In this document: one piece after another, positions 1 through 10,910 of the stretch
How the letters are laid out: every line of letters begins with the position of its first letter
How positions within the stretch are numbered: position 1 is the first letter of the stretch
Source: Acidobacteriota bacterium
GTDB lineage: Bacteria; Acidobacteriota; UBA6911; RPQK01; CBDAPI01
Assembly (NCBI GenBank): GCA_965198355.1
Contig: CBDAPI010000012.1
Coordinates: 269,191-333,190 of the forward strand
Direction: 5' to 3'
DNA: 64,000 bases
Program-made: the position numbers and the translations under genes
Notes under the pieces: model-generated
Told to the model about the DNA's origin: nothing
Seen by the model: only the letters and a program-made list of their open reading frames with translations
The model's database searches: none

Positions 1-670
1 CTGCAACATGGCAGCCTTCAGGGAATTGATGTGGCCCACAGCCGTAGGCAGAAAGCGCCTCCTCGTGGTTGGCCAGTCCCTGCTGAGCCTGGGCCAGGCT
101 GATCCAGATTCCCGGCTGGGTGGCGTCCAAGTCAGCTGCCTCAGTCAAGAGCTGGACGGCCTGCTCATAGTTGCCGGCCTGGATGTCTTTCTGGGCCTGA
201 TCAAATTTCTTGCCCACTTCGGCCGAAGCGGCGGCGTGCTTTTCCTGGTCGGCCCGCAGCTGTTCCATTTTGGCCCGCTCCTCGTCGCTCAGCTCGAAGG
301 AGAGACTCCGCTGGCCCTGGCCCTGAAGAAGCGGCTGAAGCACCATGTCATAGACGCCCAGTTTTTCGCTTAGATGGTCCGAGGTGGGCCTTGCCCCTTC
401 GAGGAAGTTCTGTTGATATCCCTCGAATGTGGCCACAATTCGGTAAACGCCCCCCAGCGCGACCCCAACGTGAAGATACCTCCCCTTCTTGTCCGTCTTG
501 ACCTTATAGTTACGCTTGATATCCAGTCCGCTGATTTGGATCTGGGCACCCTGGATCGGGTTTCCTTCGGGGTCGGTGATAGTACCCCTAAGTTGCCCTA
601 CCTGGCCGAATCCGGTGGCTGGAGTGATCAGGAAAAGAAGCAGAAAAAAGGAGAAACATTTCGTCTTCAT
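1..670 (-). CDS. Secreted carboxypeptidase-regulatory-like domain + TPR protein (partial, runs off the window; not in the ORF track)
   Basis: Manual translation from ATG at 670 (ATGA overlap with the DinG stop): signal peptide [22 protein letters not shown], then GQLRGTITDPEGNPIQGAQIQI..KTDKKGRY, then TPR-like AGNYEQAVQLLTEAADLDATQPGIWISLAQAQQGLANHEEALSAY. Confidence 0.8.
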   Translation of the reverse strand, partial: MKTKCFSFFLLLFLITPATGFGQVGQLRGTITDPEGNPIQGAQIQISGLDIKRNYKVKTDKKGRYLHVGVALGGVYRIVATFEGYQQNFLEGARPTSDHLSEKLGVYDMVLQPLLQGQGQRSLSFELSDEERAKMEQLRADQEKHAAASAEVGKKFDQAQKDIQAGNYEQAVQLLTEAADLDATQPGIWISLAQAQQGLANHEEALSAYGCGPHQFPEGCHVA

Positions 671-2634
671 CGCGGTTCACCCCCACTTACTTGGGACGTG
701 GTTTGCAGGAAGAAGTTTCTCAGGGAATCCATGTTATCTGTGACTCGACACTTTGGCAAGCTTCGCATGAACAGCTCGCCGTATGGCCGTGTGCTGACGC
801 GGGAGTCAAGGATGGCCAGGAGGCCTGAGTCGGTTCGGGATCGGATCAGGCGTCCCAGTCCCTGCTTGAGCGAGATGATGGCCTCGGGGACCGTATAGTC
901 GAGGAACGGGTCGCCACCCATCTCTCGAATCCGGTTGAGTCGAGCGGCCACCACCGGCTCGGTCGGAACCTGAAAAGGCAGCTTGTCGACGATCACCGCT
1001 CGCAGGGCCCCTCCCTTCACGTCGACCCCCTCCCAGAAACTGGCAGTGGCACAGAGGACCGCATTTGGAGTCGTCTTGAATTCCTGAAGAAGCCGGTGCC
1101 TGGGCATGTCACCCTGTCTGAAGACGGGGTAAGGAACCGTTTCCGAAAGAGACGCATAGAACTGGTTCATGTTGCGGATACTGGTGCAGAGGATAAATGT
1201 GTGGCCCTCGGTTATCTCCAACAGCTGCTCGACGACAGGCAGGGCTCTGGCAAGAAATTGCGGGTTTCTGGGCTCGGGTAGATCTCTGGCGATGTAGAGG
1301 ATCGATTGCTGTTGATAGTCAAACTCGCTTTCCACACTCAACTCCACGGGCTCGGGGATTCCCAGTCTCTGCCGCAAGTATTGAAAGCTCCCGCCGGTAG
1401 TCAATGTTGCGGATGTGAGAATCACGGTGTCGGTTCTCTCGAAGAGCTTTTCGTAGAGCAGGCTGGCGACATTAATGGGAGTCACGTGCACGAAAACACC
1501 ACCCTGCCGCTTCTCAAACCAGTACACATTCTCGTAGCTGTCGCGGGTGAAGATGCTATCCAGATCCTCCGTTAATTGCTCCAACCTCCGGACCAGCGCC
1601 TCCCACTCATCCGGACGCGGTCGGGCCAGCTGCAACTCCGAATAGAGCATCCGTAGCGTGCTTCTCAATCGGGCATAATCCGATCCCAACTCGTCTCGCA
1701 GGTCGATGACGCCGTGGGCGGAAGGAAAGAAGTTGAGTGAGTATCGATCGTCCTCTCCGGGGAAGGCGGCGAAAAGTCGACGGGCCTCCCTCTGAAGCCT
1801 TTCGAAGACGGGCAGGCGGGCCTCCTGCCGCGAAAAAGCCCTGTGTAGATCACCCACCAGATCTTCGAAGCGGTAATTGCTCAGGTGGCTGCCGAAGTGC
1901 TGGGCCACGATGCTCTCCACCTGGTGGGCTTCATCGAGAATGAGTACCCCGTGGTCGGGAAGAATCTTCCCGATTTCGTCACTCTCCATAGCCAGGTTGG
2001 CAAAAAACAGGGCGTGATTCACCACCAGAAGATCGGCCTCGAAAGCCTCCTGTCTCATGCGGGTGATGAAGCAGTGCGCGAAGTCGTCGCAGGCCTGCCC
2101 CGTACAGATGTCGCTGCGTGCGTCCAGCGAATGCCAGAGGGGATCACCGTCTGCCAGCCAGCCGACTTCACTACGCTCTCCGGTGGGTGTGGAGTTAGAC
2201 CAACCGGCCAGCCGGGCCAGTTTTTGACGCTCTTCAGCAAGGAGGTGGCCCTTGCTCAGTTCTTGTTTCATGCGTCTCAGGCACAGGTAATTGTTACGCC
2301 CCTTCATGCAGGCAATGGCCAGATTTGGGGCCAGATGCTCCTTCAGAAAGGGGAGATCGTTGTGAATCAGCTGATCCTGGAGGGTTCTGGTGGCTGTAGA
2401 AACAATGACCCGCTTCGTCGAAAAGAGACTGGGGATCAGGTAGGCCAGTGTCTTCCCCGTACCGGTTCCGGCTTCCACAGCCAGGTGATGTCTGTTGGCT
2501 ATGGCATCCTCAACCGCCTGCGCCATCTCGAGTTGGGATGGACGGTGTTCATAGGCGGCCAGTCGGGCACCAAGGAGCCCTCTCGGTCCGAAAATGTCCT
2601 CGAGACTCGGCTGGCTGTCAGGCACTGACACCAT
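667..2634 (-). CDS. DinG/YoaA family ATP-dependent DNA helicase
   Basis: Q motif RPSQLEM, Walker [14 protein letters not shown], Fe-S cysteines, [16 protein letters not shown]; start placed at MVSVPDS, just inside the glyA 3' end. Confidence 0.9.
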   Translation of the reverse strand: MVSVPDSQPSLEDIFGPRGLLGARLAAYEHRPSQLEMAQAVEDAIANRHHLAVEAGTGTGKTLAYLIPSLFSTKRVIVSTATRTLQDQLIHNDLPFLKEHLAPNLAIACMKGRNNYLCLRRMKQELSKGHLLAEERQKLARLAGWSNSTPTGERSEVGWLADGDPLWHSLDARSDICTGQACDDFAHCFITRMRQEAFEADLLVVNHALFFANLAMESDEIGKILPDHGVLILDEAHQVESIVAQHFGSHLSNYRFEDLVGDLHRAFSRQEARLPVFERLQREARRLFAAFPGEDDRYSLNFFPSAHGVIDLRDELGSDYARLRSTLRMLYSELQLARPRPDEWEALVRRLEQLTEDLDSIFTRDSYENVYWFEKRQGGVFVHVTPINVASLLYEKLFERTDTVILTSATLTTGGSFQYLRQRLGIPEPVELSVESEFDYQQQSILYIARDLPEPRNPQFLARALPVVEQLLEITEGHTFILCTSIRNMNQFYASLSETVPYPVFRQGDMPRHRLLQEFKTTPNAVLCATASFWEGVDVKGGALRAVIVDKLPFQVPTEPVVAARLNRIREMGGDPFLDYTVPEAIISLKQGLGRLIRSRTDSGLLAILDSRVSTRPYGELFMRSLPKCRVTDNMDSLRNFFLQTTSQVSGGEPR

Positions 2635-3886
2635 CGGGGCGAAGGCGCCATTCATAGAGAGGAAAGCGGGCGGTGAGCTCTCGTACCTGAGCCTTGATCC
2701 GGGCGCCCAGTTGCTCATTCTGGGGATCGTTGAGGATCTGCCCGATCCACTCTCCGACCACCTGCATTTCCGGCTCCGTCATTCCACGAGTGGTCAGCGC
2801 AGGCGATCCGATCCGGATCCCGCTCGTCACCATTGGCGGATGCTCATCAAACGGAATGCTGTTCCTGTTGACAGTGATCCCCGCATATTCGAGACACTCT
2901 TGCGCTTCTCTTCCAGTGATCCCCCGGGAAATGACATCCACCAGAAACATGTGGGTGTCGGTTCCCCCTGAAACGATGCGCAGCCCCTGCCTGGCTATGC
3001 TGGCCGCCAGAGCTCGGGCGTTGGCCACGACCTGCTGCTGATAGTCGCAAAAGCTCTTAGTCATGGCCTCTTTGAAAGCAACGGCTTTGGCCGCAATCAG
3101 GTGAACCAGGGGACCGCCCTGGAGCCCTGGGAAAACCACCCGGTCAATGGACTTTCGATGTTCTTCCTGGCACAGAATGAGACCGCCCCGGGGGCCCCGC
3201 AGAGTCTTGTGGGTGGTCGAGGTAATCAGGTCCGCTACGGGGACCGGACTGGGATGCAGGCCGGCGACCACCAGGCCCGCAATATGGGCAATATCCGCCA
3301 TCAGATACGCTCCCGACTTTCGGCAGATGTCCGCAATACGATCAAAGTGAATCGTGCGGCTGTAGGCACTGGCCCCGGCCACAATCATCCTGGGTTTCTC
3401 TCGCAGGGCCAGACTTTCCAGCTGGTCGTAGTCAATCCGTTCCTCTTTCCGATCTACGCCGTAGGGCACGACTTCGAAGAATCGTCCCGAGAAGTTCAGC
3501 GGGTGACCGTGAGACAGGTGTCCACCATGGGAAAGATTCATCCCCAGAATCTTATCTCCCGGCTCGAGCACCGCCAGATAGGCGGCCGAGTTAGCCTGGG
3601 TACCCGAATGGGGCTGTACGTTCGCGTGTTCGGCGCCGAAAAGTTCCATGGCGCGCTGGCGGGCCAGTCGTTCCACCCGGTCCACGTGCTCGCAGCCGGC
3701 GTAATAGCGCTTACCCGGGTAGCCCTCCGCGTACTTGTTGGTCAAGACAGAACCACAGGTCTCAAGGATGGCCTCACTCACGAAGTTCTCGGAGGCAATC
3801 AACTCCAGCGTGTCAGCCTGGCGGGCGGTCTCATCCCGGATAATCCGGGCGACTTCTGGGTCCACGTCACTCAAGGGCCTCTTCAT
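2618..3886 (-). CDS. glyA: Serine hydroxymethyltransferase
   Basis: [24 protein letters not shown]-lysine motif [19 protein letters not shown]; start at MKRPL. Confidence 0.97.
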   Translation of the reverse strand: MKRPLSDVDPEVARIIRDETARQADTLELIASENFVSEAILETCGSVLTNKYAEGYPGKRYYAGCEHVDRVERLARQRAMELFGAEHANVQPHSGTQANSAAYLAVLEPGDKILGMNLSHGGHLSHGHPLNFSGRFFEVVPYGVDRKEERIDYDQLESLALREKPRMIVAGASAYSRTIHFDRIADICRKSGAYLMADIAHIAGLVVAGLHPSPVPVADLITSTTHKTLRGPRGGLILCQEEHRKSIDRVVFPGLQGGPLVHLIAAKAVAFKEAMTKSFCDYQQQVVANARALAASIARQGLRIVSGGTDTHMFLVDVISRGITGREAQECLEYAGITVNRNSIPFDEHPPMVTSGIRIGSPALTTRGMTEPEMQVVGEWIGQILNDPQNEQLGARIKAQVRELTARFPLYEWRLRPDGVSA

Positions 3887-4103
3887 GAATTCGCTCTTGA
3901 GTTCGTCATCAGTATTTCGATGCAACGGTGGCGCGCATCTCTCATTTCCCACGTGGTGATCGCGGGACATGCTAGCCCAGTTTTGACGAGACCGTCAATG
4001 CAACGCAAGCATCCCCCGGAGAGCCCCCGAAGCGCAGCGGCAGAATCAGGTCGCCAAAGCACAGTTTTTCTCCGGGAGCAGGCAGGAAAAGTCGTTTTTC
4101 TAC

Positions 4104-4155
4104 TTGACTTTGGAGTTTTTTGGAGCAAAATAGACGAAAGAGGTCAAAACAGGAT
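4104..4155 (+). promoter_or_regulatory. dcw promoter with putative MraZ-binding repeats
   Basis: TTGACT at 4104 and CAAAAT at 4126; TGGAG at 4111 and 4121 with 10-bp periodicity, degenerate units at 4131/4141/4151, directly upstream of mraZ. Confidence 0.55.
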
Positions 4156-4182
4156 TACTAACTCCGGGACAGCGGGTCCAAC

Positions 4183-4626
4183 ATGTTTCGCGGCAACTTC
4201 CCAGCCAAGATCGACGAACAGGGTCGAATCAAGATTCCGTCCACCCACCGGAAGATATTAGCCGCCGACTATGGCGCTGAAGTGTTCGTCACCAGCCTCA
4301 CCGGTCGAAACGTGCTCATTTACCCGCTGCATGAATGGGAAAAGCTGGAGACGAAACTGCTGGAGCCGCCGAAGATGCTCCCGGGCAAAGTCAAGTTCCT
4401 CCGAAACACCAGTTACTATGGCCAGCTGGCTAGAGTCGACCGTCAGGGACGGATCCTTATCCAGCCGCATTTGCGAGAAGCAGCCGGGGTCGAAAGAGAA
4501 GAAGTCGACGTGATGGGACAGCTCAATTACCTGGAGGTGTGGAACCGGTCCCGCTTCGAGAAGATCCTAGACAGTGATCCCTATACGGACGACGATTCCA
4601 TTTCCCTCGCTGACATCGGAATTTAG
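4183..4626 (+). CDS. mraZ: Division/cell wall cluster transcriptional repressor MraZ
   Basis: MFRG..KIDEQGRIKIP, second DRQGRILI repeat, LEVWN; first gene of the dcw cluster. Confidence 0.95.
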   Translation: MFRGNFPAKIDEQGRIKIPSTHRKILAADYGAEVFVTSLTGRNVLIYPLHEWEKLETKLLEPPKMLPGKVKFLRNTSYYGQLARVDRQGRILIQPHLREAAGVEREEVDVMGQLNYLEVWNRSRFEKILDSDPYTDDDSISLADIGI

Positions 4627-4627
4627 A

Positions 4628-5584
4628 ATGCCCATGGTTGCCTCCCGCCACATGCCGGTCCTGCTCGATGAGACGATCGGCTTGTTAAAGGTGCGAAAAG
4701 GTGGGACTTACGTAGATGGAACCGTGGGCCTGGGAGGGCACACGGCGCGCATCGTGGAATCCCTGGCCGGCGAGGGAAGAGTCATTGCCATTGATCGGGA
4801 CGAGGAGGCGTTACAAGAGGCGAGGGATCGACTTCTCTCGCACGGCAGCATCGTTTCCTTCCATCACGAGAACTTTCGCAATCTGCCGCTGCTGTTGAAC
4901 GGTCTGGGTCTGGGCGGAATTGACGGCTGCTTGCTGGACCTGGGCGTTTCCTCCTTCCAACTCGAGAGTGCGGAGCGCGGCTTCAGCTTCAGGCTGGAAG
5001 GGCCTCTTGACATGAGGCAGGATCGAAGATCCAAGACAACCGCTGCCGACCTTGTGAACGGGCTTCCCGAGGAGGAGCTGGCCCGCATCTTCTGGCGCAA
5101 TGGAGAAGAGCCTCGCTCCCGGGCTATCGCCCGTGAGATTGTGCGTCAGCGCGAAGAGGCTCCACTGCGAACCACGCTGCAACTGGCCGACCTGGTCAAG
5201 CGAGTCAAATCGGCCAGGTCCGGGCGAAAGACTCATCCGGCAACCAGGGTGTTCCAGGCACTGCGCATTCGAGTCAACCAGGAACTGGAGGGGTTAGACG
5301 GGTTTCTGGAAGAAGTGATTCACCTGCTCGGTCCTGGCGGAAGGCTGGTCGTGATCTCCTTTCACAGCCTCGAGGATCGAATTGTCAAGACGGTCTTTCG
5401 CCGATTTGCCGGACGCTGTGTTTGTTTTCGACCAGCCCAGTTGTGCACCTGCCCGCGCCAGGTCAAGGGTCGCATTCTGACGTCACGGCCCCTTGTCCCG
5501 GGGAAGAGAGAGCTCATTGAGAATCCACGCTCGCGGAGTGCCAAGCTGCGAGCCTTTGAAACGTCTGAAGAAGAGGGAGTGTAG
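4628..5584 (+). CDS. rsmH: 16S rRNA m4C1402 methyltransferase
   Basis: HMPVLLDE, DGTVGLGGH, DLGVSSFQL, PLDMR, SFHSLEDRIVK, NPRSRSAKLR. Confidence 0.97.
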   Translation: MPMVASRHMPVLLDETIGLLKVRKGGTYVDGTVGLGGHTARIVESLAGEGRVIAIDRDEEALQEARDRLLSHGSIVSFHHENFRNLPLLLNGLGLGGIDGCLLDLGVSSFQLESAERGFSFRLEGPLDMRQDRRSKTTAADLVNGLPEEELARIFWRNGEEPRSRAIAREIVRQREEAPLRTTLQLADLVKRVKSARSGRKTHPATRVFQALRIRVNQELEGLDGFLEEVIHLLGPGGRLVVISFHSLEDRIVKTVFRRFAGRCVCFRPAQLCTCPRQVKGRILTSRPLVPGKRELIENPRSRSAKLRAFETSEEEGV

Positions 5585-5587
5585 TGA

Positions 5588-5983
5588 ATGGTTGACATGT
5601 CCACCCTGGTGCTCAGGAATCGGAAGCTGAACCACAACAAGGGGATCTCGAGCTGGGAGGTAGCCGGGTGGCTTATGACCGGTACCCTGCTGGTCTCCCT
5701 GGCCCTGATCTACGGCTGGAATCAGCAGCAGATGATCGGACTCGGGTACCAGATTGAGACGCTGCGTCAAGAGAATCGAAAACTGTCTGAAAGGCAACAG
5801 GCCCTGCGGGCTGAATACGAGACCCAGACAAGTGCCGATCGACTGGATCGCAAAGCCCGCAAGCTGGGTCTGGTCAGTGCCAACCGGCCGGCAGTAACCA
5901 TCATCGAAGCTGGCACTCCGGTCGGAATTGCCAGACATCTGCGAGCTTCGGCGGAGACGACAAACCTGATCGATCAACAATGA
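5588..5983 (+). CDS. ftsL: Cell division protein FtsL
   Basis: One TM segment plus coiled coil, ARKLGL motif, between rsmH and ftsI. Confidence 0.8.
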   Translation: MVDMSTLVLRNRKLNHNKGISSWEVAGWLMTGTLLVSLALIYGWNQQQMIGLGYQIETLRQENRKLSERQQALRAEYETQTSADRLDRKARKLGLVSANRPAVTIIEAGTPVGIARHLRASAETTNLIDQQ

Positions 5984-8112
5984 AGAAGGGCAGCGGCACC
6001 TGGCTGACCCAGGGCATCTTCATACACAGATTGCTGGTCGTGTATGTGATCGTCCTGGGCTGGTCCGTACTCATTCTTGTCAGGCTTCTCGACCTTCAGG
6101 TCTTCAAGGCGGAGGCGTATCGGGACGAGGTGGCCCAGCAGGTCTTCGGCTTCCGCAAGTTAATCGGGCGGCGAGGAGAAGTTTTTGATCGGAAGCTCCG
6201 GGAGTTGGCTGTCAGCCTGCCCGTGAAATCGCTCTCAGCAAACCCTCGCCACATTGAGAACCCATCCGAAGTAACGCGCCAGCTGGCACCTCTGATCGGG
6301 ATGGAAGAGGAGCAGATCTTTGATCGTCTCAAGGCCGACCGAGTTCATGTCCCTCTGAAGCGCCGGCTCGACACCGGCGTGAGTGAAAAGATCCGGGAGA
6401 TGAAACTCAAGGGGATCTACCTGGAGAGTGAATCGAAGCGGTTCTATCCCGCCAACGAACTGGCGGGTCAGATTCTGGGGTTTGTGGGAATAGACGGGCA
6501 TGCCTGGAGTGGGGTGGAACTCGAGTACAACGCCAATCTGAGAGGCACCTCGGATCAGGTCGAGCTCAGCCTGGATGCCAGGCGCCGCAGTTTCAGCAGT
6601 CAAAGAAGTCCTCGCTCGACCGCGGGAGATTCCCTGATCCTGACCCTGGACAGCACGATTCAGTTCGCGGCGGAGCAGGCGCTCAGAAAGACCATCGAGT
6701 CGACTCAGGCGGTCAACGGAAGTGTCATTGTGATGAATCCTCAGAACGGGGAGATACTGGCAATGGCATCCTATCCACCGTTCGATCCGAACCGCTACAA
6801 CACCGACCAGACTAAGAATCAGAGAAATCTTGCAATTCAGGACACGTATGAGCCCGGGTCAACCTTCAAGGTGGTGACCATCGCAGCGGTCTTGAACGAG
6901 GGGCTGGCCGACCTGCGAGAGCAACTGGACTGCCAGGTGGGAACCCTGAATCTGGCCGGCAAAGTCTACCGGGAGGCGACTCACAGCTACGGCCAGTTGG
7001 AGGTGAGGGAGGTCCTCGCCAAGTCCAGCAACGTAGGCTCGATCAAGCTGGCCCTGAGGCTAGGCAACCGGCGGCTCTACGACTACATCAAGCGTTTTGG
7101 TTTCGGTGAACAAACGGGTATTGATCTGCCCTTCGAAGCGAATGGCCTTGTACGCCCCACCTCCGAGTGGTCGAAGATTTCGATCGGGGCCTTGGCAATC
7201 GGTCAGGAGCTGAGCGTCACAGGTTTGCAGATGCTGCGTGCGGTTTCGGTGATTGCCAACGGAGGGTACCTCGTGGAGCCCCGGGTTGTGTGGCAGATCC
7301 TGAGCCCGGATGGCCGGCTGGTCGCCGCCCCGGAAACGGTTCGACGTCGGGTCATCTCCGAGGAGACGGCGCGGCAGATGCGAGAGGCGATGAGCCACAC
7401 GGTCGAACATGGGACGGGCAGTCGTGCCCGCTTGTCCGGCTTTTCTGGCGGCGGCAAGACCGGGACGGCTCAGAAGTTTGTGGGCGAGGGGTATTCGAAG
7501 ACCAAGTACGTGGCCTCCTACATGGGGTTTGCTCCCATCGAAGAGCCTGTTCTCGCCTCGATCGTGGTCGTGAACGAGCCGGTGGGAGACTACTACGGCG
7601 GCCTGGTGGCAGCACCGGTCTTCAAGGAGGTTATGGAGCGGGCACTGATTAAACTGGGGGTTCCCCGTGACCGTCCAGACTCGGTTCAGAAGGCCTCCTA
7701 CCACCGGCAACGGGAACCTGGAAGCATTCGCGGGGTCTCAGAGAAGAGGGACCTTTCGATGGAGGGGCTTCGTGAAACTGTGGACGCTCTGGTGGGCAAG
7801 GGCCCCGGCGGGTTGTCTGAAGACATCGTGGTAACCCGAGTCACGGACGGTTTTGATTTGCCCGATTTTGAGGGCTTGAGCCTTCGCGAAGTCGCAGTTG
7901 TAAGCGCCCGCTATGGTCTCACCTTGAGCTACATGGGTGAAGGCAGGGTTGTGGGGCAACGGCCGGCACCGCGGACCCTGGTCAGCCCCGGAACTGTTTG
8001 TGAAGTGGTACTTTCAAAAAAAGGAGAGAGAGAAGTTGCAACTCGAAGAGCTCGTCGCGGCGCTTCCACCCAGGTCGTTTCAGGTGGGCGAGGAGCGAGA
8101 CTTGAGAATTGA
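5980..8112 (+). CDS. ftsI: Class B penicillin-binding protein with C-terminal PASTA domain
   Basis: EPGSTFK (SxxK), SSNVG (SxN), KTGTAQK, PASTA-like LPDFEGLSLRE. Confidence 0.93.
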   Translation: MKKGSGTWLTQGIFIHRLLVVYVIVLGWSVLILVRLLDLQVFKAEAYRDEVAQQVFGFRKLIGRRGEVFDRKLRELAVSLPVKSLSANPRHIENPSEVTRQLAPLIGMEEEQIFDRLKADRVHVPLKRRLDTGVSEKIREMKLKGIYLESESKRFYPANELAGQILGFVGIDGHAWSGVELEYNANLRGTSDQVELSLDARRRSFSSQRSPRSTAGDSLILTLDSTIQFAAEQALRKTIESTQAVNGSVIVMNPQNGEILAMASYPPFDPNRYNTDQTKNQRNLAIQDTYEPGSTFKVVTIAAVLNEGLADLREQLDCQVGTLNLAGKVYREATHSYGQLEVREVLAKSSNVGSIKLALRLGNRRLYDYIKRFGFGEQTGIDLPFEANGLVRPTSEWSKISIGALAIGQELSVTGLQMLRAVSVIANGGYLVEPRVVWQILSPDGRLVAAPETVRRRVISEETARQMREAMSHTVEHGTGSRARLSGFSGGGKTGTAQKFVGEGYSKTKYVASYMGFAPIEEPVLASIVVVNEPVGDYYGGLVAAPVFKEVMERALIKLGVPRDRPDSVQKASYHRQREPGSIRGVSEKRDLSMEGLRETVDALVGKGPGGLSEDIVVTRVTDGFDLPDFEGLSLREVAVVSARYGLTLSYMGEGRVVGQRPAPRTLVSPGTVCEVVLSKKGEREVATRRARRGASTQVVSGGRGARLEN

Positions 8113-9511
8113 CGTATCCTCTCTCGAGTATGACTCCAGAAGGGTCGGCTCCGACTCGGTGTTTTTTGCCATCGACGGCCATGAGTTGGATGGCCATCAG
8201 TTCATCCCACAGGCCCTCTTCAAGGGGGCAGCGGCGATCGTCTCGGAGCGTCCGGTACCGGCTGATTTCCCGGGCATCTGGCTGCAGGTTCCAAGAGTTC
8301 GCCGCTACATGGCGGAGATGGCGAATCACTACTACGGTTACCCGTCCCATGATCTGAAACTGGCGGGCGTTACGGGTACCAATGGTAAGACCACAACGGC
8401 CTATCTAATTCATTCGGTTCTGCAGACGGCGGGCCCCTCCGTCCTGGTGGGCACGATCCAGACCATTGTGGGAAAACAGGTTGAGGAATCGATTCGAACC
8501 ACGCCCGAAGCAACGGAGATACAGAAGATTCTCGCCTGCGCAGTGGAAAGGAAGTGTGGGAGCGGAGTGATCGAGGTCTCTTCTCACGCTCTGGCATTGG
8601 ACCGCGCCTATCAGTGCAGCTTCGACGTGGGAGTGTTTATGAATCTCACTCAGGATCATCTCGATTTTCACGAGTCGTTTGATCAGTATTTTGCTTCTAA
8701 GCGACAACTCTTCGATTGGTCCTACAATCCCGGGCTTCGGGTTGCTGTGGTGAATGGAGATGATCCAAGAGTCGCGAAATGCCCCCTCCCCGATTCCGTT
8801 CGCCGGGTCACCTTCGGAATATCGAAAGAGAATCAGGTCCATCCCCTTGCGATCAAGACCGGGATTGAAGGCACCGAGTTGGTCCTGAAGGTCGAAGGCA
8901 GGCGCCTTGAGATCTCCAGTGCTCTGGCGGGCGAGCACAACGTCTATAACCTGATGGCAGCCGTGAGTGCCTGCGCACATCTGGGGTTTCAGGATCAGGA
9001 AATCGCAGCAGGGATGGCCCGGCTCGAGCGGGTGCCGGGTCGCTTCGAAAGAGTATCTATTGATGCCCCGTTCTCTGTGTTCGTGGACTATGCTCACACC
9101 CCAGACGCCCTCGGCAATGTCTTGAGTCTGGCCCGGGATTTGTGCCGGCGCCGACTGATCTGTGTGTTCGGCTGCGGGGGGAACCGGGACCGCAGGAAAC
9201 GGCCGCGCATGGGACAGGTTGCCTCCGAACGGGCAGACCTGGTCGTGCTGACTTCAGACAACCCGAGATCGGAGGCTCCGGAGGAGATCATCAGGCAGAT
9301 CGAACTGGGGGTTGCCCCGAGCAGTCGATGCGAATCGATCACGGACCGCCGCCAGGCCATGGAGCGGGCTTTCGAGCTGGCGCAGCCCGGAGATCTCATT
9401 TTGATAGCGGGAAAGGGACACGAGACCTACCAGGAGAGCGGCGGCGAGAAAATCGACTTCGACGATGTTCGCGTGGCTAAAGAAATCTATGATCACGGTC
9501 TCTACCACTGA
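8036..9511 (+). CDS. murE: UDP-MurNAc-dipeptide--meso-DAP ligase
   Basis: GTNGKTT, EVSSHAL, DYAHTPDAL, DNPR (DAP specificity), GKGHE; TTG start at 8036 after AAGGAG. Confidence 0.95.
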   Translation: MQLEELVAALPPRSFQVGEERDLRIDVSSLEYDSRRVGSDSVFFAIDGHELDGHQFIPQALFKGAAAIVSERPVPADFPGIWLQVPRVRRYMAEMANHYYGYPSHDLKLAGVTGTNGKTTTAYLIHSVLQTAGPSVLVGTIQTIVGKQVEESIRTTPEATEIQKILACAVERKCGSGVIEVSSHALALDRAYQCSFDVGVFMNLTQDHLDFHESFDQYFASKRQLFDWSYNPGLRVAVVNGDDPRVAKCPLPDSVRRVTFGISKENQVHPLAIKTGIEGTELVLKVEGRRLEISSALAGEHNVYNLMAAVSACAHLGFQDQEIAAGMARLERVPGRFERVSIDAPFSVFVDYAHTPDALGNVLSLARDLCRRRLICVFGCGGNRDRRKRPRMGQVASERADLVVLTSDNPRSEAPEEIIRQIELGVAPSSRCESITDRRQAMERAFELAQPGDLILIAGKGHETYQESGGEKIDFDDVRVAKEIYDHGLYH

Positions 9512-10895
9512 AGTAGCGGATGCCTTGGAGACGACGCTTCCCGAGAATCCGACCTTCTCAAATGCGGCACCATTTCCTCCAGTTTCCATAGACACCCGCA
9601 GCCTGGAGCAGGGCGACTGTTTTGTGGCCATTCAGGGATCGCGCTTTGACGGCCACGATTTCATCGGCGAGGCTGTCGAAAAGGGCGCCCGGGTGGTGGT
9701 TCACTCGCGACCCCATCCCGCAACGGGTCGAGACTCCGACGTTGCTTTCCTGAGAGTAAGCAACACGACTCTAGCCTTACAGAAACTGGCTGGTTGCGCT
9801 CGGGAAAAGTGGTCGGGGTCACTGGTGGCCGTGACTGGCAGCATGGGCAAAACCACAACACGGCGTTTTTCCTCGACTCTCCTGGGGCGGCGGTATCAGG
9901 TCTGTGAATCTCCGGGGAACCTGAACAACCACTTCGGAGTTCCGCTCAGTATCCTTCGCCTCCAGGACGATGATGAAGTTGCTGTTCTGGAACTGGGCAT
10001 GAGCCATCCGGGGGAGATCCGGACTCTTTCTCTGATCTGTCGGCCCGATGTAGTCGTGATTACGAATGTGGCCCCGGTACATCTCGAGTTTTTCCGCTCG
10101 CTGGACCACATCGCCGAGGCCAAGGCTGAGATTCTGGAGGGACTTAGAGACGGGGGCACGCTGCTCTTTAATGGCGACGACAAGAGGCTCTGCTCCATGG
10201 CCCGCCATTTTGCCGGACCTTCCCTGGGCTTCGGCACGGCGGGGGATCATCGGTTCAACGTGGCGGCCCAGACAAGTTCGAATCTCCAGGGCATGCAGGT
10301 CGCCATCCGGACTCCAACGGGCCACTTTCGGGCTTGCGTTCCGCTTTTCGGAAAGCATCATCTCTACAACATAGCGGCGGCCGTAGCCGTAGCCGTCACT
10401 CTGGGCCTGTCGGATGCACAGATTCAGCAGGGCGTCGGTGACCTGGCGGCCCTGGATCAAAGGGGACAGATCAGATCGTTGAGCCCGGCCAGGGGTGTCA
10501 ACCTGACCCTGATCGACGAATCATACAACTCCAACCCGGAAGCCCTCTGCTCAGTTCTGGATGATTTCAGCAGGTGGGCCTGGGAGGGTCGCAAACTGGT
10601 CGTGCTGGGTGACATGCTCGAACTGGGAAAGAGCGCACCCGAATTTCATCGTGAGACAGGTCGACATCTGGCCGCCCTCGAGATTGATCTCGTGTTGACC
10701 GTCGGGAAACTGGCCTTGCACATCATGGAGGGGGCGGTGGAGGCGGGGATGTCCTCTCATCAGGTGTTCTCGGCTCAGGACTCTCTGATGGCAGCTACAC
10801 GGCTCCGCGGGCTTGTCCAGGATGGAGATGTGGTTCTCGTGAAAGCGTCCCGGGGGGTGGGCCTGGACCGAATGATTCGAATGCTCGAGGGTTAG
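9489..10895 (+). CDS. murF: UDP-MurNAc-tripeptide--D-Ala-D-Ala ligase
   Basis: TGSMGKTT, NLNNHFGVP, ELGM, DESYNSNP, LGDMLELG, VKASRG. Confidence 0.95.
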   Translation: MITVSTTEVADALETTLPENPTFSNAAPFPPVSIDTRSLEQGDCFVAIQGSRFDGHDFIGEAVEKGARVVVHSRPHPATGRDSDVAFLRVSNTTLALQKLAGCAREKWSGSLVAVTGSMGKTTTRRFSSTLLGRRYQVCESPGNLNNHFGVPLSILRLQDDDEVAVLELGMSHPGEIRTLSLICRPDVVVITNVAPVHLEFFRSLDHIAEAKAEILEGLRDGGTLLFNGDDKRLCSMARHFAGPSLGFGTAGDHRFNVAAQTSSNLQGMQVAIRTPTGHFRACVPLFGKHHLYNIAAAVAVAVTLGLSDAQIQQGVGDLAALDQRGQIRSLSPARGVNLTLIDESYNSNPEALCSVLDDFSRWAWEGRKLVVLGDMLELGKSAPEFHRETGRHLAALEIDLVLTVGKLALHIMEGAVEAGMSSHQVFSAQDSLMAATRLRGLVQDGDVVLVKASRGVGLDRMIRMLEG

Positions 10896-10910
10896 TCAAA
10901 GGGAGTACTC

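Noticed and set aside
3887-4020. ZTP or glycine riboswitch upstream of glyA
   Set aside because: Neither the GACTGGCG...GCCTGGGC core nor the glycine aptamer consensus is visible on the minus strand
3101-4261. Long antisense or alternate-frame ORFs (also 18857-19972, 44230-45291, 53535-54884, 39023-39829 and others)
   Set aside because: Shadows of well-supported genes in GC-rich DNA with no family motifs
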